Virus record (IMG/VR): IMGVR_UViG_3300017909_001134
Span: 1-42,844 of that record
Direction: 5' to 3' (one strand)
Length of the DNA: 42,844 nucleotides
Source of the DNA: a virus
Taxonomy: Duplodnaviria; Caudoviricetes
Each line of letters starts with the position of its first letter. Position 1 is the stretch's first letter. Made by a program: the position numbers and the translations under genes. Of the stretch, positions 1-7,490 are shown piece after piece. The notes below the pieces were generated by a model. That model had not been told where the DNA came from, ran no database searches, and saw only the letters and a program-made list of their open reading frames with translations.

Positions 1-141
1 ATAGAAGATAAAATAAGTAAGATAGCTGATTGGATTTCTAATGAATCACAAGACAGATACGAAGAAGTAGAATGGCTTTTGTATTCTGTTTATCAACCTA
101 AGAAATCAGGTCTAACACGAGATATAGACGATGATTATGAA
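1..141. repeat. Terminal direct repeat, copy 1 (identical to 42704-42844); circular assembly overlap
   Basis: Exact 141-nt identity between the window start and end. 141 is a common assembler k-mer, and an ORF reads through the junction. Confidence 0.95.
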
Positions 142-173
142 TCTGTACTGAACTACAAAAAGGGAGAGTAATT

Positions 174-491
174 ATGAAAGTTATTGAATTGATAGAATAT
201 CTAAATGGTATCGAGAATAAGGAATTGCAAGTAGATATTAAATTAGATGAAGTTTGCGAAGGTGAAGAAGAACAAACATTTTTAGATATTTATAGCGAAT
301 ATATACTTGATGTCCCTTCAGTATTAAGATATGAAGTTCCTAGCGTGTCTGAAGATAGAGCAAAGCAACTTATTTGTAGTGAATTTTATATTGATGATAG
401 GGAAATATATAAATCAAATGCTAAAGTAATATCAAAGAAAGAGTATAAGGTAGTAATAACTAATAAAACTAAGGTAAAAAATTATGAATAG
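174..491 (+). CDS. Hypothetical early protein
   Basis: ORF track; purine-rich AGGGAG RBS upstream; tight packing. Confidence 0.75.
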   Translation: MKVIELIEYLNGIENKELQVDIKLDEVCEGEEEQTFLDIYSEYILDVPSVLRYEVPSVSEDRAKQLICSEFYIDDREIYKSNAKVISKKEYKVVITNKTKVKNYE

Positions 492-774
492 CGAAATAAT
501 ATCAATGATAAAAAAGAGATTGGAAAAAGGTAAAAGGCAATACGGAGATGTAATAGATGTATACGATGGTAGGGATTGGATACAAGAAACATTAGAAGAA
601 TTATTGGATGCACAAGTTTATTTGACGGCAGAACTATTGAAGCTTAGAGACTCTAGGAAGCGAAAAAAGATTGAAGTGCCAGTATACTACCATGAAGATG
701 AGAACGGAGCATTTACCTATGATTTTGAGGCTATGGTGGAGTTTTTTAACAATAGATTGGATGAATTAAGATGA
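484..774 (+). CDS. MazG-like (all-alpha NTP pyrophosphohydrolase-type) phage protein
   Basis: KGxxxYG...DW...EELLDAQVYL pattern with the EExxD helix typical of this superfamily. Confidence 0.55.
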   Translation: MNSEIISMIKKRLEKGKRQYGDVIDVYDGRDWIQETLEELLDAQVYLTAELLKLRDSRKRKKIEVPVYYHEDENGAFTYDFEAMVEFFNNRLDELR

Positions 775-959
775 TTACAGAAAAAGATCTCATCTTTGAT
801 GAATTGTACGATGAGTTTAAACGTACAATAGAAGCTGATAGTAAGAACGTAAACCTACTTACATACGCAGAAGAACATGATATTGATGACGATACAATGA
901 TGTTAATATGGGAGACATATATAATAGAAGTAGGAAAAAGAAACGGAGTGCAGAAATGA
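771..959 (+). CDS. Acidic hypothetical protein
   Basis: ATGA overlaps with both neighbours. Confidence 0.7.
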   Translation: MITEKDLIFDELYDEFKRTIEADSKNVNLLTYAEEHDIDDDTMMLIWETYIIEVGKRNGVQK

Positions 960-1267
960 GCAGAATGAAGAAAGAAGTAACAGAGAGTCCATTTAAAGAC
1001 CTAATACAGAGGAAAGATATATTCTCTGATGTAATGTTGGGTAATCTAATGAGACAACACGAAATAAAAAGAAGCTTAAACAGAAAGAAGAAATACATAC
1101 ACGATACAGATAAAACAATTAAGGCTTGTCCTAAATGTAATAGATGTTGGGAGCGAACTAGATTAACTGGCAACCATAGAGATAAGAAAACAATTTATTA
1201 TGATAACTTTCCTAAGTTTGGTAAAGAGATTAAATCGTGTAATAAATGCAATAGAGGAGAAAATTAA
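956..1267 (+). CDS. Basic protein with CxxC...CxxC zinc-finger; likely start ATG 956
   Basis: CPKC and CNKC motifs; GGAG upstream; ATGA overlap with the previous stop. Confidence 0.65.
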   Translation: MSRMKKEVTESPFKDLIQRKDIFSDVMLGNLMRQHEIKRSLNRKKKYIHDTDKTIKACPKCNRCWERTRLTGNHRDKKTIYYDNFPKFGKEIKSCNKCNRGEN

Positions 1268-1270
1268 TTT

Positions 1271-1298
1271 GGAACTTTTTGAAACTTGGTGCGTATAA
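1271..1298 (+). promoter_or_regulatory. ECF-sigma-like promoter GGAAC-N16-CGTATAA
   Basis: One of six intergenic copies with identical spacing. Confidence 0.8.
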
Positions 1299-1345
1299 GA
1301 AGTAAGCACGAAGCTTAAAATAAATAAAAAAACGAAGGAGTCAAC

Positions 1346-1492
1346 ATGACTGACATAATGAGATTAGAAAGAGCAAAAACCCTAGTAGAAAATCTTTTGA
1401 ATACTAGGAAGATAAATGATATATCACTAAAACAAGTAGTAAGTGATGTAGAGTTTGTATTAGATAACTTAAAAGAAGAAACAAGGAGTTAA
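1346..1492 (+). CDS. Small hypothetical protein (48 aa, MTDIMRLERAK...), not in ORF track
   Basis: AAGGAG RBS; directly downstream of the promoter. Confidence 0.7.
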   Translation: MTDIMRLERAKTLVENLLNTRKINDISLKQVVSDVEFVLDNLKEETRS

Positions 1493-1493
1493 T

Positions 1494-1721
1494 ATGAGAA
1501 AACCACTTACAAAAAATGAAATACTGCAAGGTGTTCAGAATGTGTGGGAGTCTGCTATACAAGAACGGATATTGTATACGAGAAAACCTGACGCAGAGTT
1601 TAATGAAAGTCAACTAGAACAAATTACTCATTACTTTGATAATGAACTAGGAGGTCATCAAAGAGAGTACATTTTATATAAAGAAAGAATGAAAAAATAT
1701 AAAGAGGAGGAAAACAAGTAA
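1494..1721 (+). CDS. Hypothetical protein
   Basis: AAGGAG RBS. Confidence 0.75.
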   Translation: MRKPLTKNEILQGVQNVWESAIQERILYTRKPDAEFNESQLEQITHYFDNELGGHQREYILYKERMKKYKEEENK

Positions 1722-1728
1722 CTAACTA

Positions 1729-1748
1729 GGGGTGGGGCAACCCACCCC
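1729..1748 (+). other. GC-rich hairpin GGGGTGGG-GCAA-CCCACCCC without U-tract (processing or stability hairpin, or weak terminator)
   Basis: Perfect 8-bp stem with a GNRA loop, in an intergenic gap. Confidence 0.6.
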
Positions 1749-1765
1749 ATAAACAAGGAGAGATT

Positions 1766-1909
1766 ATGAAAGAATTTTATTACACAATAAAAGTAACTGG
1801 CTACATAGAAGCCAAGAGCAAAAAGAAAGCACTTAAAAAAGTAAAGGAATACAAAGAGCATTTTATGTGCGATGATCCGTATCCCATAATAAAAGTAAAG
1901 GAGTTGTAA
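1766..1909 (+). CDS. Small hypothetical protein (47 aa, MKEFYYTIKVTG...), not in ORF track
   Basis: AAGGAG RBS; TAATG coupling to the next gene. Confidence 0.7.
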   Translation: MKEFYYTIKVTGYIEAKSKKKALKKVKEYKEHFMCDDPYPIIKVKEL

Positions 1910-2151
1910 TGAAGAAGGTAAATATAAAAACAATGGTAGTTGGTAAGGATAGTACCCGAGGTCTACAGACCCCAAGGTTTAGATTGCATAGTGGGGAAAC
2001 CAATCCAAGTGAGTTAATGGTAGTGCATTATGGAACATCAACTAGATTTGTGAATGAACAACCTGATGTGGAAGTAACCAATATATACAATGTAGTAGAT
2101 ATACTCAATGAATGTATTGATGACTACCACGAGAAGCACAAAGACGATTAA
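1909..2151 (+). CDS. Hypothetical protein
   Basis: AAGGAG RBS. Confidence 0.7.
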   Translation: MKKVNIKTMVVGKDSTRGLQTPRFRLHSGETNPSELMVVHYGTSTRFVNEQPDVEVTNIYNVVDILNECIDDYHEKHKDD

Positions 2152-2207
2152 GTTGGATTTGAACCACCTTTAGTATTATATTAAACCAAGGATATAATTA
2201 AAACAAG

Positions 2208-2465
2208 ATGGGAATCAGAGAAGAACTAGTAGAAAGAAGTGGTAATGACGAGATGTTATTTGCAGATGGTTACGATGATGCCTTGATAGGATATACTGAT
2301 GGTGGTATTGCCGTCTACTCTATTGAAAGTATCATACGAATAATGATTACACAAGAAGAGATGACAGAAGAAGATGCTTTAGATCATTTTTATTACAATG
2401 TATCAGGAGCGTATGTCGGAGAGTATACACCAATCTATGTACATGATATAGAATGGGGTGTGTAA
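2208..2465 (+). CDS. Conserved acidic phage protein of unknown function
   Basis: ADGYDDALIG...VYS...EEDA..F.YN..GAYVGEYTP pattern that I recognise from aquatic phages. Confidence 0.75.
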   Translation: MGIREELVERSGNDEMLFADGYDDALIGYTDGGIAVYSIESIIRIMITQEEMTEEDALDHFYYNVSGAYVGEYTPIYVHDIEWGV

Positions 2466-2969
2466 TTGATAAAGAGATGTAGTAAGTGTAAGAAGTATAA
2501 ATTTAAATGGAAGTACAATAAAAATAGGAGAAAGAAAGACGGACTACAACATCAATGCAGACCTTGCCAACATGAATACCACAATAATAAATGGTATCCA
2601 AAGAACAAAGATAAGAGAGTAAAGTCTGTAAAGGATTACAAGTGGAGAAAAAGAGAAGAGAATTATAGAAGAGTAGTAAAAGAATATTTTGTTAATGGTT
2701 GTGTTGATTGTGGCGAAAAGAATGTGAGAGTATTAGAGTTTGACCATGTTAGAGGGAAGAAAAGAAAGGTAGGAAAGAAGGGATTAGAAGGAGTTTCTTA
2801 TATGATTAGACATGGATATAAATGGAAGACGATAAAAGAAGAGATAGATAAATGCGAAGTCAGATGTCGTAACTGCCATAAGGAAAGAACATGGAAAGAA
2901 AACAATTATTGGAAAGGTTTTGAAGATATTACAAAAAATAATGGAACAAATAGAAAGGATAATAGTTAG
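2466..2969 (+). CDS. HNH endonuclease with N-terminal zinc ribbon
   Basis: CSKC...CRPC, then CVDCG...LEFDHV...KCEVRCRNCH. Confidence 0.85.
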   Translation: MIKRCSKCKKYKFKWKYNKNRRKKDGLQHQCRPCQHEYHNNKWYPKNKDKRVKSVKDYKWRKREENYRRVVKEYFVNGCVDCGEKNVRVLEFDHVRGKKRKVGKKGLEGVSYMIRHGYKWKTIKEEIDKCEVRCRNCHKERTWKENNYWKGFEDITKNNGTNRKDNS

Positions 2970-3123
2970 AAAGGATATGAAGTTAGTAACAATAAAAGAA
3001 TATCAAGGTCATAATGGAGAGCGTGAAGTAATAACATACATCACTTATGATCCAAATACTGGTAAAGAATATGACGTAGCTGATATACATGAAATGGAGC
3101 ATGGCAAATGTTTTCGGTATTAA
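2941..3123 (+). CDS. Hypothetical protein (start uncertain: 2920, 2941 or 2977)
   Basis: ORF track; operon packing. Confidence 0.55.
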   Translation: MEQIERIIVRKDMKLVTIKEYQGHNGEREVITYITYDPNTGKEYDVADIHEMEHGKCFRY

Positions 3124-3335
3124 ATAATATTAAAAGTGATATTCGCAAAGATATTAAGTCTGTAGAAAAAGCATGGAAAGATAATCCTAGTAACGACTAC
3201 TACTTTGCAGAGATATCAGGATTAAGAAGAGCACTTAATTATGTAACTAGAGCAGAATCTAGAGAGTATACTGCCTTAGATAGATGGGCACAATCAATGA
3301 ATGAAAGGCAATTAAATGAATCTAATATTGGGTAA
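3108..3335 (+). CDS. Hypothetical protein
   Basis: GGAG RBS. Confidence 0.7.
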   Translation: MFSVLNNIKSDIRKDIKSVEKAWKDNPSNDYYFAEISGLRRALNYVTRAESREYTALDRWAQSMNERQLNESNIG

Positions 3336-3492
3336 CGGACAAGAGATTAGTATCCACGATATTAAATCTATTGAAGTTGAACAAACGGAAAAAGCTTTTA
3401 AGCAATATTATAAGACTTTGGTGATTACCACTCAGGATAATCAGGAAGTGCAGATAAATCTTTTTTCTAAGGACAAAGAAGTATTATTATAA
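3316..3492 (+). CDS. Small hypothetical protein (58 aa, MNLILGNGQEISIHDI...), not in ORF track
   Basis: AAGG RBS; fills the gap before the structured RNA. Confidence 0.65.
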   Translation: MNLILGNGQEISIHDIKSIEVEQTEKAFKQYYKTLVITTQDNQEVQINLFSKDKEVLL

Positions 3493-3499
3493 TGATAAC

Positions 3500-3583
3500 G
3501 AAGGGGATAGTTTTGGTTGGTTTTATTGTCCTTCTTGTTTACCAACCTCTCTTAAATAACGTCATGTATAGGCTATCCCCTTC
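3500..3583 (+). ncRNA. Candidate structured RNA 1 (long outer stem, inner stem-loop with pyrimidine-rich loop)
   Basis: GAAGGGGATAG (3500-3510) pairs with CTATCCCCTTC (3573-3583). GGTTGGT (3515-3521) pairs with ACCAACC (3541-3547). Confidence 0.55.
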
Positions 3584-3610
3584 TCCTCACATACCAAAGG
3601 ATATAATATA

Positions 3611-4336
3611 ATGGATATACAAAAAGTTTATGACGAATGGTTGCGTTCTGAAAATGAATTGCATTACAGAAAAAGATATGAGGGTAAAGAAGATTGGTTT
3701 CATGCATCAGCATCAGGGATGTGTATGCGTAAACATTACTTTCAGCATGTTGCAGGGCTAGAGCCTAAGCCAGTCAATGATGATACCATGAGGTTATTTA
3801 GGATTGGCGATTTGATACACGAAGATATACAAGAAGCTGTAAGGAACTATGCAGATAAGAATGGTGCTCAGGTTATGATTGAAAGAGAGATACGAATACC
3901 TGAAGTAAATGTAAGAGGTTTCTTTGATTTACTTTTAGTAGAAGATGGGGCAATGATTGATATAAAGACTTGTAATGCTTGGAAATGGAAGAACCTATTT
4001 GGTAGAAATCCTGATCCAAACCCAGCTATAAACTACTATTTACAGCTAGGTACATACGGATGGTGGTATGAAGAAGATTCGGGGAACAAATTGAAAAAAC
4101 TTGCGTTACTATACTATAACAAAGATAATAGTAGAATGAGAGAAAAGGTCATACCGATATCATACATAGATAAAGCAAAAGAATATTGGTATGATGTAAA
4201 GAAACGTTTTAAAAAAGGAAACCCACCTATAGAACTTGGGATTGCACCAGTATATAATTGGGAGTGCAATATCAAATACTGCAACTTCTATGAAGTGTGT
4301 GGAGGTGGATTAAAAGGAAAGGGAACAGACCTATGA
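3611..4336 (+). CDS. Cas4-like/RecB-family PD-(D/E)XK exonuclease with probable 4Fe-4S cluster
   Basis: SGMCMRK, GDLIHE, GFFDLL, IDIKT, YYLQL and C-terminal C-x4-C-x5-C. Confidence 0.85.
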   Translation: MDIQKVYDEWLRSENELHYRKRYEGKEDWFHASASGMCMRKHYFQHVAGLEPKPVNDDTMRLFRIGDLIHEDIQEAVRNYADKNGAQVMIEREIRIPEVNVRGFFDLLLVEDGAMIDIKTCNAWKWKNLFGRNPDPNPAINYYLQLGTYGWWYEEDSGNKLKKLALLYYNKDNSRMREKVIPISYIDKAKEYWYDVKKRFKKGNPPIELGIAPVYNWECNIKYCNFYEVCGGGLKGKGTDL

Positions 4337-4737
4337 GTGAAAAGAAACCCGATTGGGATAAAATAACTGAAGGTAAGATAAGGCATGGTATAGCCGTAGA
4401 AGCTTTCAGTAAGGGCATGGAACTCAATGCTGATAATATGAGGACTATGGAAAGATGGGTGCAATTTGTAATACATGGTTACGATGGTATCAAAGAGAAG
4501 CTAGATGCACATCAACAAACAATGTCAGAGCAACAGACTATAGATAAGGTTAAAGATACCTTTGATGGTGAAGAAGTAGACACTGATAAGTACATTACAG
4601 ATGCGATAGAAAAAGCGGCTGTTGGTCTTGACAGAAAGAATAAGAACATCGTTATGGCTAGACTTAGGGATGGTAAAATTAATACAGAGAACCTACAAGC
4701 ATGTCTAGACAGAATAGAAGTACTGAAGAAAGGATAG
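4333..4737 (+). CDS. Hypothetical protein in the recombination module; likely start ATG 4333
   Basis: ATGA overlap with the exonuclease stop. Confidence 0.7.
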   Translation: MSEKKPDWDKITEGKIRHGIAVEAFSKGMELNADNMRTMERWVQFVIHGYDGIKEKLDAHQQTMSEQQTIDKVKDTFDGEEVDTDKYITDAIEKAAVGLDRKNKNIVMARLRDGKINTENLQACLDRIEVLKKG

Positions 4738-4738
4738 T

Positions 4739-5215
4739 ATGGTTGACATTGGGGATGCTTACTATCCAAGTGATTTGGATGATAATAGACTTTCTGTACC
4801 AAAAGGCAGATATACTGCTGTGATAACAGATCTTTCTATATCTGAGAATGTCAGGTTCGGCAAACATATTGCTGATGTATTTAAACCAGTGTATGCTATT
4901 GACAAAGAAAGTCATCCCCAATATGATGGTTGCTCTGTGATAGATAATGGCATTTTCAGATATAAGAAGGTGGGAGATTCACCATACGACCATAGTAAGA
5001 ACTGGGGCTTTGCAAAATTCTTGTCCATAATGGGACTCCGCAAAAAGGATAGGGAAGGTGGGCAACTGCCTTTCCTATACCTGAATGATATAAAAGGTGC
5101 TGTTGTATTGATAGATGTATTTATGAAACGCTTTATAAATGATTTGGATTCTGAGATAGCTTACCCAGTATGTAGAACAATTCAATTACAGAAACCTGCG
5201 GAAGTACCATTCTAA
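4739..5215 (+). CDS. Putative single-stranded DNA-binding protein (DUF669-like)
   Basis: VPKGRYTAVI N-terminal motif and EVPF C-terminal tail; sits next to the exonuclease. Confidence 0.5.
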   Translation: MVDIGDAYYPSDLDDNRLSVPKGRYTAVITDLSISENVRFGKHIADVFKPVYAIDKESHPQYDGCSVIDNGIFRYKKVGDSPYDHSKNWGFAKFLSIMGLRKKDREGGQLPFLYLNDIKGAVVLIDVFMKRFINDLDSEIAYPVCRTIQLQKPAEVPF

Positions 5216-5697
5216 TGGATATATTAACCAAAAAAGGACAACGCTCTTTGGAGTATGAACATATTATGTTAGAAAAAATTAGACATAGTATATGTAGAAA
5301 GCATAAAAATAACTCATTTATATTTGAAACAAATAAAAATACTACAGCTAAAGTAGATGGGATATTAATAAAAGATAATCAGTTATCAGCTATCTTTGAA
5401 TCAAAATGTAGAAATATGAGCATGATGGAACTAGATAATTATGGATCTTGGCTTGTAACGCTTGATAAAATAATGGATGGTAAGAAACTTTCTGAAATGT
5501 TATGCGTACCATTTATTGGATTTCTATATCTTATAAAAGATGATATAGTAATGTATTGGAAAATAACTGATAATCAAGGGAACTTTTTGTTTGACTTTGA
5601 CGTTAAACAAACACAAACACAAAAGACAATTAACGGTGGGCAGATAGTAAGAACAAATGCTTACTTACCATTTAACAAAGGATATGAAATACCATGA
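5215..5697 (+). CDS. PD-(D/E)XK-family nuclease
   Basis: KVDG...IFESKCR catalytic-type motif. Confidence 0.65.
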   Translation: MDILTKKGQRSLEYEHIMLEKIRHSICRKHKNNSFIFETNKNTTAKVDGILIKDNQLSAIFESKCRNMSMMELDNYGSWLVTLDKIMDGKKLSEMLCVPFIGFLYLIKDDIVMYWKITDNQGNFLFDFDVKQTQTQKTINGGQIVRTNAYLPFNKGYEIP

Positions 5698-5954
5698 AGA
5701 AACAAAAGTGTGTAGCAAATATTAAGTTCTCACTGCAAGAAGTAGAGCTTATGATAAACTCATTAGAGAACTTAATCAGGATAGAGATACCATTTCAGGA
5801 TAGTGCAGACTGGAGAAAACCTTATGAGATGTTATTAAAAGATCTAAAAAAGATTAAGTCTGATATGAAGAACAAGATAGAAGAAGCAATGCTAAATAGA
5901 GAACATGAGGAAACTTCTACAATATATGGTGAAGTATGTGAGGTATGTGAATGA
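5694..5954 (+). CDS. Hypothetical protein with C-terminal CxxC
   Basis: ATGA overlap; ends in CEVCE. Confidence 0.7.
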   Translation: MKKQKCVANIKFSLQEVELMINSLENLIRIEIPFQDSADWRKPYEMLLKDLKKIKSDMKNKIEEAMLNREHEETSTIYGEVCEVCE

Positions 5955-6196
5955 AGAGAAAGAAAAAGAAAAGTAGATTAACAGATGGTGAAATGAAATC
6001 TTTATTTTACACTTCGTTATTAAATCCTGATTTATATCCTGATAAAAAGAAAAGGATACCAATAGAACTGGAAGAAAAAGATGGATCAAAAGATGTAAAA
6101 GATTTTACCGTTATAGGTTTGATTGGATTTGTAGGTATGATATTTCACATACTTGAACATGAATACTTTGATTCACTAAAGAAAAATGAAAGTTGA
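5951..6196 (+). CDS. Hypothetical protein, possible single TM segment
   Basis: GAGG RBS; hydrophobic FTVIGLIGFVGMIFHIL. Confidence 0.6.
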   Translation: MKRKKKKSRLTDGEMKSLFYTSLLNPDLYPDKKKRIPIELEEKDGSKDVKDFTVIGLIGFVGMIFHILEHEYFDSLKKNES

Positions 6197-6201
6197 TAAT
6201 T

Positions 6202-6531
6202 ATGGCAAAGAATAAAGAAAATGTAAGAAGAGGTAGAAGGGCGAGACAGCGTGGAGCAGAACTACAAAGACAAGCTGTACGCATGGCAAAAGATTTAGGA
6301 CTAGAGGCATTTAATCGTGATAGGGGTGGTGCACAACATGAGCAAGGAGACATAGAGATTGAAGGTCATTGGTATGGGTGCAAAAGAAGAACTCGTATTG
6401 CTCAATGGCTTAAGCCTGAAAAAGAAGAAGAAGGAGTTGTAGTTAGAGAAGATAGGGGTAAACCTTATATCGTATTAGACTATGAATACTTTTTAAATAT
6501 GCTATCTATAATGAAAGAGATGGCAGACTAA
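6202..6531 (+). CDS. Hjc-like Holliday junction resolvase homolog with atypical active site; likely start ATG 6202
   Basis: RxRG...R, GDI, xCKR and VVREDR...YIV layout of phage Hjc-like resolvases. Confidence 0.6.
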   Translation: MAKNKENVRRGRRARQRGAELQRQAVRMAKDLGLEAFNRDRGGAQHEQGDIEIEGHWYGCKRRTRIAQWLKPEKEEEGVVVREDRGKPYIVLDYEYFLNMLSIMKEMAD

Positions 6532-6543
6532 TTGTTAACAAAC

Positions 6544-6625
6544 GAGGTGGTCTGCTTTATAAATTTAAAATGAGAGACTTTTAAATGAAATTGGTTGGCG
6601 AACTAAAGATAAAGTAGACCATCTC
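6544..6625 (+). ncRNA. Candidate structured RNA 2 (three-way junction)
   Basis: 17-bp outer stem 6544-6560/6609-6625 with two G-U pairs. Inner stems ATTTAAAA/TTTTAAAT and TTGGTT/AACTAA. Confidence 0.6.
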
Positions 6626-6644
6626 ATAATAAGGAGAAAACAGC

Positions 6645-6857
6645 ATGGCTGAATACAAACAAAAAGATCAGTCTTTCAAGCTTTGGAAGAATGATTACAA
6701 AAAGGAAGGCGATAAGAAGCCTGATTACACTGGTACTGGATTAATCAATGGAGAAGAAAAACAAGTCTCTATGTGGATTAATGAAGATAAGAATGGAAAA
6801 AGATACTTATCTGGGTCTATCAGTGAGCCTTACAAGAAAAAAGACAGCCCTTTCTAG
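6645..6857 (+). CDS. DUF736-like small ssDNA-binding-type protein
   Basis: KN..K..DKKPDYTG...SMW...G..YLSG and an acidic/PF C-terminus; AAGGAG RBS. Confidence 0.65.
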   Translation: MAEYKQKDQSFKLWKNDYKKEGDKKPDYTGTGLINGEEKQVSMWINEDKNGKRYLSGSISEPYKKKDSPF

Positions 6858-6881
6858 GGTTTTCAGTCTTGTTTGATAATG

Positions 6882-6906
6882 AGGGGGCTAGTGCCCCCTT
6901 TTTATT
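6882..6906 (+). terminator. Rho-independent terminator
   Basis: AGGGGGC-TAGT-GCCCCCT followed by TTTTATT. Confidence 0.8.
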
Positions 6907-6988
6907 GATAAAATAATTAAGCGATACTTATATCAAAAAACTTTTTTTATGGCTAAATACGGCATCCTAGGGGCACTTTTTTTCTTCA

Positions 6989-7228
6989 ATGTTTGAATTT
7001 TGTACGATGTTAAACAAAGTATGTGCTTTTTGTACTAAATCTAAGTGGAATCCATATATTGAGGATTATGATGATACAGATAGATTGTTTTGTGGTGTAT
7101 CATCAGGGTTTGATACTAGGGTAGAAGCATTAGATGAGTGCTGGATGAATATGTCTAAAGGTAAAAGAAATAATTTTACCAAAGCTAAAAGAGAAGAATA
7201 TCAAATATTAAAAACAAATAGGAGTTAA
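6989..7228 (+). CDS. Cys-rich hypothetical protein
   Basis: Five Cys (C-x6-CxxC...C...CW); no clear SD. Confidence 0.65.
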   Translation: MFEFCTMLNKVCAFCTKSKWNPYIEDYDDTDRLFCGVSSGFDTRVEALDECWMNMSKGKRNNFTKAKREEYQILKTNRS

Positions 7229-7229
7229 C

Positions 7230-7490
7230 ATGGATATATTAGATGATTACCCACAAGAAAGAAAAAGTATAAAGTGGAATTACTTCAGTGATGATACGAT
7301 CATACCTGATAGTGAGCAACTTAAAGACCATGAAAGAAAAGAACTTACTAAGTTAGTTGGTATGTGTATGAATAGAGTTATAAGTACTAATGAATATTAC
7401 AGAAGACTAGCTGAATTTTGGAGAAGTGTTGGTGAAGATAGCTACGCTGAAGAAGCGTTGCAAATGATGGATGATAAGTATGACGATTAA
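7230..7490 (+). CDS. Hypothetical protein; last plus-strand gene
   Basis: AGGAG RBS; its stop shares TTAA with the convergent gene. Confidence 0.75.
   Translation: MDILDDYPQERKSIKWNYFSDDTIIPDSEQLKDHERKELTKLVGMCMNRVISTNEYYRRLAEFWRSVGEDSYAEEALQMMDDKYDD

Noticed and set aside
3611-4336. Cas4 as evidence of a CRISPR-Cas system
   Set aside because: Solo Cas4-like exonucleases are common in phage recombination modules; no array or other cas gene is present.
859-6353. Minus-strand ORFs opposite early/middle genes (also 40435-40997, 42282)
   Set aside because: These are hydrophobic antisense shadows caused by the A-rich coding strand.
7487-7490. Convergent genes sharing a TTAA double stop as a regulatory device
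   Set aside because: Common compact-genome arrangement with no further signal.
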